Shown: piece by piece, positions 16,149-25,300 of the stretch | Position numbering within the stretch: position 1 is the first letter of the stretch | Layout: each line of letters begins with the position of its first letter | Origin: a virus | Taxonomy: Duplodnaviria > Caudoviricetes | IMG/VR virus record: IMGVR_UViG_3300007735_000699 | Location: 1-38,357 of that record | DNA: 38,357 bases | Strand: one strand, 5' to 3' | Notes under the pieces: generated by a model | What the model was told of the DNA's origin: nothing | Seen by the model: the letters and a program-made list of their open reading frames with translations, nothing else | The model's database searches: none | Translations under genes and position numbers: made by a program

Positions 16149-16670
16149 GTGACCGTAGATAGGTTCGGACTTCTGCCCGCAAGCGTTCGAGCGAACGTGG
16201 AGCGCGAGCAGATGGTTGATAACCAACTTCATAAGGCAAAGGCGCTGGCGATTGCCCTGCGCGACCTTGACCCGAACCTTGAACTCGTTTTTTTCGGAGA
16301 GCGAGCAGAAGATATCTACGGGATCGTTCCTGGCCGGTGGCACGTCCGACGAAACAATAAGGACACCGGCGCACCCGATTCATACCTACCCATTCAGGGC
16401 CGCAAGGGGGAATATCGTGAGCCTGACTTTGGCGTGATTGACGACCTGCGCCGCAACGATCTCTGGCGCAAGGGCGCATTGGATCGCCTAGACCCATACG
16501 GCCACAAGGAAGCAGCTCGAACCGAGAAGGCCCGCCGCTTGGAGGCGGAGGCTCAGGCTGAAGAAGTAAGCGCCAACGCCCGCGCCGCTATGCGTGTGTC
16601 CGGCGATGGTGGAATGACCGCTCGTAAGTGGGGGCGTGGAAAGACGACTAAGGGAGTTGTTGGATCGTGA
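16149..16670 (+). CDS. Hypothetical protein in the virion module
   Basis: SD AGAAAGGA, GTG start. Confidence 0.7.
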   Translation: MTVDRFGLLPASVRANVEREQMVDNQLHKAKALAIALRDLDPNLELVFFGERAEDIYGIVPGRWHVRRNNKDTGAPDSYLPIQGRKGEYREPDFGVIDDLRRNDLWRKGALDRLDPYGHKEAARTEKARRLEAEAQAEEVSANARAAMRVSGDGGMTARKWGRGKTTKGVVGS

Positions 16671-17272
16671 ACCTTACTGACCTCACTACTGAACTTGGAG
16701 CGCGTGGCTTTGACTATCTCACCGAAGCCCGCCGGACCTACTTTCTCAATCAGGCATATCTAACCGATATTTGCGAGTCGGAGGAATGGCCGTTTCTGGA
16801 GGCAACTTCTACCGGAAGCTCTCCGCTGACCATTTCTGATTTGCGTGTAATCGAATCTGTGATTGACGAAGATCGGCAAGTCAAGCTCACGCCCCTTACT
16901 AGAAAGGCGATCACCGACCTTTCCCCCGATCTTACGCAGACGGGTAGCCCCGAGAGCTATTACCTCACGGGTGGCAATACGGTCAATACTTGGCCTGCTT
17001 CCACCAATACGCTCACGGTTCGCTACCACAAGGTTCCAACCGAGCTTTCCTCTCCAACCGATACCCCGCTGATTCCTTCCCGTTGGCAATACCTCATTGT
17101 CGAGGGCGCGGTCAAGCGGGCATACGAAGACGACGACGAATACGCCGCAGCGCAGGCCGCCGACGCACTTTTCCAAGTGCGCCTTCAGGCTATGCGTGAT
17201 TCTCTGCTACATCAGCAGCACGACCGCCCGAGCAGCTTCATTCTGCAAACGGATATTGAGCCGGCGGGCTAA
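16667..17272 (+). CDS. Head-tail adaptor (tail tubular A / P22 gp4-like)
   Basis: LNQAY..IC...WPFLE, G.P..YY, WP, DTPLIP.RW..LIV.GA pattern. Confidence 0.75.
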   Translation: MNLTDLTTELGARGFDYLTEARRTYFLNQAYLTDICESEEWPFLEATSTGSSPLTISDLRVIESVIDEDRQVKLTPLTRKAITDLSPDLTQTGSPESYYLTGGNTVNTWPASTNTLTVRYHKVPTELSSPTDTPLIPSRWQYLIVEGAVKRAYEDDDEYAAAQAADALFQVRLQAMRDSLLHQQHDRPSSFILQTDIEPAG

Positions 17273-18909
17273 TGCCTTACACACCGCAACTCGTTTCCAA
17301 CTTCGGAGGCGGGCTGAACCTAAGAGATAAGGCGGATACGGTAGCGCCAGGGCAAGCGATTGACGCGCTGAATGTGTTCTTCACCGAACGCGGATCGGTC
17401 ACGCAGCGCCCCGGCACCGGAGCGCTGAACGCGACCGCTCTTGGCACCGCGCCGAAAGGGTTGCTCTCTTATATAAGGACTTCTACTTCCGACCGCCAAC
17501 TTCTTGTCGGCGGCAACGGCAAGGCGTATGTTCTCAACACGACGGGAGCAACGGTCGGCACCGAGCTTACCGGCACCTCTGGCTATCCCTACACCTTCGA
17601 GCGATTCGGCACCCCCGGCACCGAGTATGCCTATGCCGCAAATGGGTATGACCCGATTGCTAGGTGGAATGGATCAGCGTGGACTTCCGGCTCTGCGTTG
17701 GCAAAGGTGGACGGAACAGGAAGTAGGGCTATGCCAAAGGGCGGCGTTATGGCAGTTGTCAATACACCGTCCTCTGTCTCCGGCCTTGCTCCGCGTATGG
17801 CCGTAGCCGGATTCACAACTTCAACGGGTGGGCCAAACGGTTCTACGACCAATCCCTCGTATGTTCATTTCTCAGATGTTCTTCCTCAAACCGACCCCAC
17901 CCCCGGCGGCACCGCTGAATCGTGGACTACAAGCAACTACATACAGCTCTCCCCTGGCGACGGCGAAAAGATCGCAGCCCTTGTAGCGTGGCGCGGATTC
18001 ATCTTTGCTTTCAAGCAGAGCAAGTTCTTTGTCTTCTACGGCGAAAGCCTTGACTCTTCCGGCAACCCCGTCTTCAACTATCGAGCGGTAGATGTGGGCG
18101 AGGGTGTCTCTGGCCCCTACGCAGTAGTTGCAGGTCGAGATGCCGTCTATTTCGCTAACGAGAACGGTGTCTTCCGCACCACCGGGCAGGACGTTCAGAA
18201 GGTGTCCGACCCTGTTGATCCGATCTTCTCGGGCAGCACCGCCGACTATTGGCAGGGCGGAACGCTTGCCAGAAACAAGACCGCAGATATGGCGCTTGGA
18301 ACTCACGGCGACCTTCTCTATGTGAGTTATTCGTCAGGTGGTTCCTACAACGACCGCACCCTTGTCTATGACACCGAAAAGAAATGGTGGTCGCTCTACG
18401 ACTTTGCCGCGTCCAGCTTTGGATTGTTCAAGGTATCCAACGACACTGAGCTTGTCTTCACGCGGGCGACGACTTCTAACCAAGTAATAAGGCATAACGC
18501 CTCTTACACGAACGATCTCGGCTCAGCAATCAGCGCCCGTTGGCGCAGCGGTTGGACAGACTTCGGCGTGAACTCTACGAAGGTAATCCGCGAGTCAAAG
18601 GTCTGGGGAGCGGGCAAGTGCTACTTCGCGCAGACCGCAGACTACGACAGCAGCGTAGGCGTATCGCAGGCAGTTGATTTCCAGCAGGCAGCTCTTACTA
18701 CTTGGGACGGTTCCACCTGGGGAGGCGGCTTGTGGGAATACCCGGTCGCGCTCGTTCAGCGAATGGTGCGACTTGCCTCTCGCGGCACCGTCTTCTCAAT
18801 GGTCTTTACGAACAGCGAACTCAACAAGACTTTCCAGATTTCCAGAATCCAGCACCACCTACGGGCAACTCGAATCCCGAGCGTCCGAGATACGGAGAAC
18901 CTAACGTGA
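17272..18909 (+). CDS. Tail nozzle / DNA-stabilisation protein (T7 gp12 / P22 gp10-like beta-propeller)
   Basis: NFGGGLN start, QRPG, GDGEKIAAL...FAFKQ, VYF..ENGVF; position after the adaptor. Confidence 0.75.
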   Translation: MPYTPQLVSNFGGGLNLRDKADTVAPGQAIDALNVFFTERGSVTQRPGTGALNATALGTAPKGLLSYIRTSTSDRQLLVGGNGKAYVLNTTGATVGTELTGTSGYPYTFERFGTPGTEYAYAANGYDPIARWNGSAWTSGSALAKVDGTGSRAMPKGGVMAVVNTPSSVSGLAPRMAVAGFTTSTGGPNGSTTNPSYVHFSDVLPQTDPTPGGTAESWTTSNYIQLSPGDGEKIAALVAWRGFIFAFKQSKFFVFYGESLDSSGNPVFNYRAVDVGEGVSGPYAVVAGRDAVYFANENGVFRTTGQDVQKVSDPVDPIFSGSTADYWQGGTLARNKTADMALGTHGDLLYVSYSSGGSYNDRTLVYDTEKKWWSLYDFAASSFGLFKVSNDTELVFTRATTSNQVIRHNASYTNDLGSAISARWRSGWTDFGVNSTKVIRESKVWGAGKCYFAQTADYDSSVGVSQAVDFQQAALTTWDGSTWGGGLWEYPVALVQRMVRLASRGTVFSMVFTNSELNKTFQISRIQHHLRATRIPSVRDTENLT

Positions 18910-19733
18910 CCCAGATTTCCCTCCCTCGCGGTTCAAGCGAGACAGGCACAAATGAATGGAACGATGTTTATTCCAATGACAACGCGATTACTACCGTCGT
19001 CAATGGTCAGTTGTCCAATGACAACCTTGATACCAATGCTGCGATTGCTCACTCTAAGCTCGCCAACGGAACCTCCGGCCAACTTCTCGTAGCCAACTCT
19101 TCCGGCGTGATTACCGCCACTTCCCTAAGCGGCGATGTTTCTTCGGTTGGAGGCACCGGCTCGGTCACAATCTCAAACGACGCGATTTCTTCGGCCAAGT
19201 TGTCAGACGCAACTGACGCTGAGATTACAGCGGGAACCAAGACTCAATCTAACCGCGCCGTCACCGCTGACCATATCCGCGATGGCGTAATCACTACGAC
19301 CAAGATGGCGGCTACGGCGTGGACGACCTACACCCCCACTTGGACGGCCTCTACAAACCCTGCGATTGGCAACGGAACTATCACCGACACAGGTGCATAT
19401 GTTCAGATTGGCAAGACGGTTCATTTCCGCCTGAAGATTACAATGGGTTCAACTACGACCTTCGGAAGCGGCGGTTTCTATGTCGGATTGCCCGTTGCTC
19501 ACAATCACGGCGTAGAGTCGCAGATTGGTCGAGTTCATTTGTTGGATTCAAGCGCTAACAGTCGCTACACGGCGGTTGCCTACACACACTCAGGAAGCTC
19601 TAGCAGCTTGTTCTTGTCCTATATCAACGCTGCCGCATCTCAAAACACTCTTTCTGGAATCACCGCTACCGCCCCCTTTACCTGGGCCGCGTCTGATGTT
19701 CTCTCGGTCACGGGAACTTACGAGGCCGCCTAG
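18906..19733 (+). CDS. Tail fibre/spike protein
   Basis: GTG coupled to the upstream TGA; VNGQL..DNL, AI.SAKL repeats, WTTYTPTW...[10 protein letters not shown]...GTYE C-terminal domain. Confidence 0.7.
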   Translation: MTQISLPRGSSETGTNEWNDVYSNDNAITTVVNGQLSNDNLDTNAAIAHSKLANGTSGQLLVANSSGVITATSLSGDVSSVGGTGSVTISNDAISSAKLSDATDAEITAGTKTQSNRAVTADHIRDGVITTTKMAATAWTTYTPTWTASTNPAIGNGTITDTGAYVQIGKTVHFRLKITMGSTTTFGSGGFYVGLPVAHNHGVESQIGRVHLLDSSANSRYTAVAYTHSGSSSSLFLSYINAAASQNTLSGITATAPFTWAASDVLSVTGTYEAA

Positions 19734-20704
19734 TGACCCTCCCGCTTCCCGGTCCCGTAGATGACCCGAAAGTTCAGGCATCTCTAGACAAGATTGCGCA
19801 GCAGTTTCCCGTCCAGGGAACGCCGGGAGCAGCGGCCACCGTCACGGTCGGCTCAACCACTACGGGAGCTGCGGGCAGTAGCGCGTCCGTCACCAACTCA
19901 GGCACCACCGCCGCTGCGGTTCTTCAGTTCACGATCCCGAGGGGCGATACCGGCGCGACGGGATCAACCGGCGCGACCGGCCCCGCAGGTCCGACCGGGC
20001 CTACCGGCGCTACCGGGGCCACAGGGCCGACGGGCAGCGCGGCTACGGTCGCTGCCGGAACTACGACTACGGGAGCTGCCGGGTCAAGCGCATCGGTAAC
20101 AAACTCAGGAACTTCCTCTGCCGCCGTATTCAACTTCACGATCCCACGCGGAGATACCGGCGCTACGGGCGCTACGGGGCCAACCGGCGCAACCGGCGCT
20201 ACCGGGCCAAAGGGAGATAAGGGCGACACGGGAGCCACCGGGCCGGACGGCTGCCCAACCGGGGCGCTTCTGCCCTACGCGGGTTCAACCGCCCCAACCA
20301 ACTTCCTAATATGCGATGGGTCGGTGGTTAGTCAGACCACCTACGCGGCCCTCTACGCGGTTATTTCTACGACCTACAACACGGGTGGCGAGGGGGCTGG
20401 CAACTTTCGCTTGCCAAACCTGAAGGGTCGCACCATCGTAGGTCGAGACTCGGGCGACACCGATTGGGACACGCTTGGCGAAACTCGCGGCTCCAAGACC
20501 CACACACTTACTACCGCTGAGATGCCTTCGCACTCTCACGACATTCTCTACGCGCAAGGCAACAACACGACCGCGACCGGCGCACAGCCACGAAGCAACT
20601 TGCAGTCCACAGGTGTCACCGACAGCACCGAAGCAACGGGTGGTGGTGGCGCTCACAACAACATTCAGCCCTCAATCGTCCTCAACTACATCATCAGAAC
20701 CTAA
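19733..20704 (+). CDS. Collagen-like tail fibre with phage tail-collar domain
   Basis: G-X-T collagen triplets; [18 protein letters not shown]...YAALYAVI...FRLPNLKGR; HNNIQP. Confidence 0.85.
   Translation: MTLPLPGPVDDPKVQASLDKIAQQFPVQGTPGAAATVTVGSTTTGAAGSSASVTNSGTTAAAVLQFTIPRGDTGATGSTGATGPAGPTGPTGATGATGPTGSAATVAAGTTTTGAAGSSASVTNSGTSSAAVFNFTIPRGDTGATGATGPTGATGATGPKGDKGDTGATGPDGCPTGALLPYAGSTAPTNFLICDGSVVSQTTYAALYAVISTTYNTGGEGAGNFRLPNLKGRTIVGRDSGDTDWDTLGETRGSKTHTLTTAEMPSHSHDILYAQGNNTTATGAQPRSNLQSTGVTDSTEATGGGGAHNNIQPSIVLNYIIRT
19830..20170 (+). repeat. Internal duplication of a ~41-aa unit ([34 protein letters not shown]) separated by collagen repeats
   Basis: Two copies visible in the translation of 19733-20704. 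Confidence 0.85.
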
Positions 20705-20713
20705 CTCGGAGAT

Positions 20714-21454
20714 ATGGCTAATAAAAGACCACAAAACGCATCTTGGAAGCAGCGCCCCGCATACCGCCCTCTAAGTCAGATGGCGGGTAGAAAGCCGCCC
20801 CGACAGGTGGCGCAGCCTTCTATTACTGACCCCTGGAATAGCGATCCCGTGTATCAGAACAAGCTCGCGCAGGGTCAGGCTTCCCGCGATATGGCAAAGC
20901 TCGGACTTGCCACCAAGCAGAGTCAGGCAGAGCAGGCCGCAGGGTTCCAACTTCGCAAAAACGCCGACGGTTCCTACACCGCAGATGAATCTGCCTTCGC
21001 CTCAAACCCCTACACCCGCGCCGCGATGATGAAGTCAGCGTATGACACGCAGGCTCGACGGACGATGAACTCTAGCGCCGCTCGGGGGCAGCTCTACTCG
21101 GGCGCGATGGATCGGGCGGTTCAGGGCGATGCCGACGCATACACGGCCCAAAGAAGTAAGGCCATTCAAGATATGCAGAACCTTCTCGCTGATATTGGTC
21201 AGGGCAAGGCGCAGGCCGATCAGAGCTACAACGATATGCAGTCCAACGAGCAGTTGGCCGCAATCGAGCGGGCCTCAAAGAACGTGGACGCTTCTCAGTT
21301 TCCCGCGCCCACTCAACTCAAATCGCCTAAGCGATACCAATACCTAATCAACCAACTTCTGAAGAACGCGCCTGCCGGTAAGCAGCGAACGCAGGCAATC
21401 AAGTCCCTCATTCGACAGCGCAACGCAGCGCAGGAGCAAATGAACAATGGCTAA
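20714..21454 (+). CDS. Putative internal virion (ejection) protein
   Basis: A/Q-rich helical protein; AARGQLYSG motif; position after the tail genes. Confidence 0.6.
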   Translation: MANKRPQNASWKQRPAYRPLSQMAGRKPPRQVAQPSITDPWNSDPVYQNKLAQGQASRDMAKLGLATKQSQAEQAAGFQLRKNADGSYTADESAFASNPYTRAAMMKSAYDTQARRTMNSSAARGQLYSGAMDRAVQGDADAYTAQRSKAIQDMQNLLADIGQGKAQADQSYNDMQSNEQLAAIERASKNVDASQFPAPTQLKSPKRYQYLINQLLKNAPAGKQRTQAIKSLIRQRNAAQEQMNNG

Positions 21455-22379
21455 AAAAGCACCCCTCTACACGATGAACCCCAAGAACGCCGGGGCGCTT
21501 GGATACCCGACGAAGAAGGGTATGAACAAGATCATTCGCGGAATCGTTGGCGCGGAATACAACCCGCTTATGCGTGAGTTGAAGGCCAACCGTCGCGCTT
21601 CTGACTACCGCATAAACAAGGAACTTCCCGCGTGGTATCAGTCCTACCGCTCGCAGGTGGACACAATGGCGGGTAAAACCGCCCAGGACTACGCTGACCT
21701 TCAGAACCAGCTTGCTGGCTACGAAGATGCGACCAATGCCCGCGAGAACGCAGCTCGCTCGGATATGGCTTCTCGACTTGCGGCTGACGCTGCGGCAAGG
21801 GGTTCTAACACCAACCCGGCCAACTTTGATAACGCCGGCGCTGGTGCCGCTGCCGCTCGCGCCGGAGCAAGCGCCGCGATTATGGCGAACTTGGGTGGTC
21901 GCGCCGCTATTCGGGGTGACTATCTCGGAGATCGGGCAACCAACGTCGGCCTAGAGCGAAACGCCGCAATCAGCAACGAGAAGCTGCGCCGACAGAAGAT
22001 CGGTCAAGAGATTGCCCAGACCCGTAAGGATCGCGCTAACCGTCGTCTGGAAGTCATTCAGTCGCTTCTTGAAGGTGGCAATCAGTTCTACTTGGATAAG
22101 GCTTCTTTGGCCGAAACCATTCGGAACAACAATCTGGACTACGCCGCTTCAATGGCCGATGGTGGGAGCGGCGGCGGCAGTAGCGATAGTAAGACCACTC
22201 TCACCCCACGCCGAGGCGTATCTGCGCTTGAAGATATATACGGAGTCAAGCCATCAGATACCCCACCTTCAGCTAAAGAGCGTGATGCCATGATTGGGAA
22301 ACTTGTCAATCGGGGCTACCGCTATGAAAATGCCGTCGCTGCGGTCAATCGCTACATCGCTAAGTATGTGACGGGCTAA
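21447..22379 (+). CDS. Putative internal virion (ejection) protein
   Basis: Ala-rich coiled coil, LAETIRNN, G/S linker. Confidence 0.6.
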   Translation: MAKKAPLYTMNPKNAGALGYPTKKGMNKIIRGIVGAEYNPLMRELKANRRASDYRINKELPAWYQSYRSQVDTMAGKTAQDYADLQNQLAGYEDATNARENAARSDMASRLAADAAARGSNTNPANFDNAGAGAAAARAGASAAIMANLGGRAAIRGDYLGDRATNVGLERNAAISNEKLRRQKIGQEIAQTRKDRANRRLEVIQSLLEGGNQFYLDKASLAETIRNNNLDYAASMADGGSGGGSSDSKTTLTPRRGVSALEDIYGVKPSDTPPSAKERDAMIGKLVNRGYRYENAVAAVNRYIAKYVTG

Positions 22380-25300
22380 TGCCTAGAGCCTCTAGCGGCG
22401 GCGGAAAGAAAAAAGTCCGGCGTAAGCCGGCTTTATCTGGGTTCGTAAATGCCCGTGAAGCGGGAATGTATGGCGGCTCTGAAAAGCGCCAACGGCAAGT
22501 CGCTCAGCAAATCTCATCTAACCTTGCTGTCGGTCGAGCTGAACGCGCAAAGGTTCGTCGTTCTAACGCATTAGAGGCGTGGCGCAATAGCAACGGGCAG
22601 CTTGGCGAACTTAGTCCATCGCAAGAGGCCATAGTCATTCGTGATGCTGCCCGTAATGAAATGGGCGCTGATTGGAAGAATCTTCCCGGCGTTGATAAGG
22701 GCGGCAAGATAGTTCGTATGCCGCAGGTTGAGGCGCAAGTAAAGCAGCGCCGAGACTATGTTCAGTTCCAACGACTTCCGCAGGAAATCAAGAATATGGT
22801 CACAGCGGAAGCTGAAGCTCGGGCCTATAAGCAGGCGTTTCAACAGGGTAAGGCGCAGGGGGGATCGTCACAGCAACTAAATGAACTTCAGCGCAAGATG
22901 CAGGCGACCGCCAATGAAGCGCAAGCCCGTAAGTTGCAAGCCGCAGAGAAGGGTCTAGTTGGGCTAAAGCCCGATGGCAAGGTTGAATGGATCGGTCAGA
23001 ATCCCGACGTAAATCCCCTTTCTCTTGAAAATGTAATCGGAGAACTTATTCCCGATCAGCCCTGGGAAATCGCGCTGACCGTAGGCACCGTAGGTATTGG
23101 CTCTGCCGTTCGAGGCGCGTGGCGAGCTGGCAAGTTTGCGAAGATTGCCGCAGATGCTAAGAAACTAAAAGCCGCCGGTGACACCGCAAAAGTTGCCACT
23201 AAATCAAGGATTGCTGGCGCGGTTAGCAAAGTCACGGCCCCAATCACGGAATCGGCGGCAGGGCAGGCCACTAAACAAGGTGCTGCAAAAGTCGCTGATG
23301 CCACTACTTCGTTTGCTGCAGGCGCACCAAAGCCCGTTCGTGTTGCTGGTTCTGGCGTAGGAAAAACCGTAAAGGCTGCCGGCCAACACGTCGGACGGCG
23401 CAAGTATGCCTATCTTCTTGGCCCTGGGGCAACGGGCGTATATGGCGCTGCAAAGTCAGGCGACCTAAAAGATATAGTCACCGATCCAGCGCAGATGGGC
23501 GCAGCGGTAGTGAGCGGTGCCGTGTCAGATCCCGGTAAGACCGCAGAATCTACGATGGCCGGACTACTTGCCATTCCGGGTGTAATGGGCGAAATGCTTC
23601 TCAATCCCCTTCTCTCAGTCCGTCGAGCCGCCGGAACCGCAGTTGGCGCCGAGGACTACACAGGAAAGCAAATAGCCGCTCCGACTACGCAGATGGTGGA
23701 TAAACAGGTTTCGGGCCTGAAGGAATACCTAGATACGTTCACCTCTGGCGATGCCGAGAAGATGCGCCAAGCGGTAATAAATGAATACGGCGTGATCCCC
23801 GCCGCCTCCGTTCTTCCAATGGGAATCAAGCCGTTCGTCGGAGCTGGAAAGGCTGCGACTAAGGGAGCGCGTGTGGCGGCAGCCAGGGGACGAACTAAGT
23901 TCAAGAACGTCCCGTATGATCCCGAGCGCCCCATTTTTCTTGTAGGCGAGCGTCGTGGAGATCGCATCTCCGTAGCGATGAACTTTGGGCAGGCGATTCT
24001 TGGTAAGCGGATTGAAAAGGGACAGGCCAAGAAGGGTATTGACAAACAGGCCGCACGCGCTCGTCGTAGTCTTCCGATTGACGAGTATCCAAGTGAATAC
24101 ATACCGAACGATGCTGAACTGAAATCTGGGGTTAGACGGAAGCCAATAGTTGCAGAAGTGGGAGCTGACGCAGCCCTTTACGAAATCGTCAGTCTTGGGT
24201 TGCCCCGTGACGCTATTGCACTACGACGGTGGATTTCTGACCAGCTTCCCGCACAGAATAAGTTGGCCGAAGGAAGAGTTGAACCGCTTCGTGGAGATGC
24301 CATACCAAGAGAGTGGAGTCTTCGCTACCTGAATAAACACCTTGACGAGATCGTTGCAAATGACAACTTCTGGAACGCGGCGCAGCGTATTACCGATCAG
24401 ATCGCTCAATCGGTTGCAGAAGGTGGTCGGGGATATAGCCCACTCGCCAATGCCCGCGCAGTAGGCGAAACCAGAACCGATGGTCAGGGTAGGTTTGACC
24501 CAATACCCCAGCCCGAAGAGCGCGTTGGTCTGAGGACTCGACTTGCGACAGGAGAGCGCCTACGCGCTGATGCCGAGGCGAAGATTCTTGCTAAGGAAAA
24601 ACAACTGAAGGCAGTCCAGGGCAAGATTCGGGACGCTTCGCGTCGCGGCAATAGCGCAGAGTTGAAGGCGCTAGAGAAGAAGGCCAATCAGATTCAGCGC
24701 CGGCGCGACAATCTCGTAGGAGAGCTGAGGCAGATTGAGAAGACCGTAGCTCGTCAAGACCCAGCCGGGTTCCCCCTTACGCAAGCTGAGTTGGAGGGCA
24801 TTACGGATTGGACTACCGCCACCGAACACGGAGCAGTTCAGCGCGTTCTTTACGGAGAAACACGATCAAGCGAAGCAAACCCAGGGTTTCGTAAGCGAAC
24901 TCAATCTATTATTCGCCGCCTTGACGCAGCGTTTCGTAAGCAGCGCCCACTAGCGCGAGATATCGTCGTATATCACCGCTTCCCGCTTGAACGTGATCTC
25001 AATAGCCGCTTGATTCCCGAGGGACTTGGCGGAAGAAATCCCGGTTATCTCGCTACTTCATTCCGCGATATTCCTCGCTTTAGAGAAGCCGGCCAACTTG
25101 TAGAAATCAGAGTCCCGAAGGGCAGTCGGGTCATAAACGTTCCAGCAAACTTGAAGCGGAATCCATCAAACGAAAGCGAAGTCCTTCTACCTCGTGACAC
25201 CTACTTTGAGTGGATTGACGAAACCCCCGATGGCACCCTCATATACGAAGCCCGCACCCCAGACTTGCCGACCGCTAGAGCAGATGATGTCGCACTCAAC

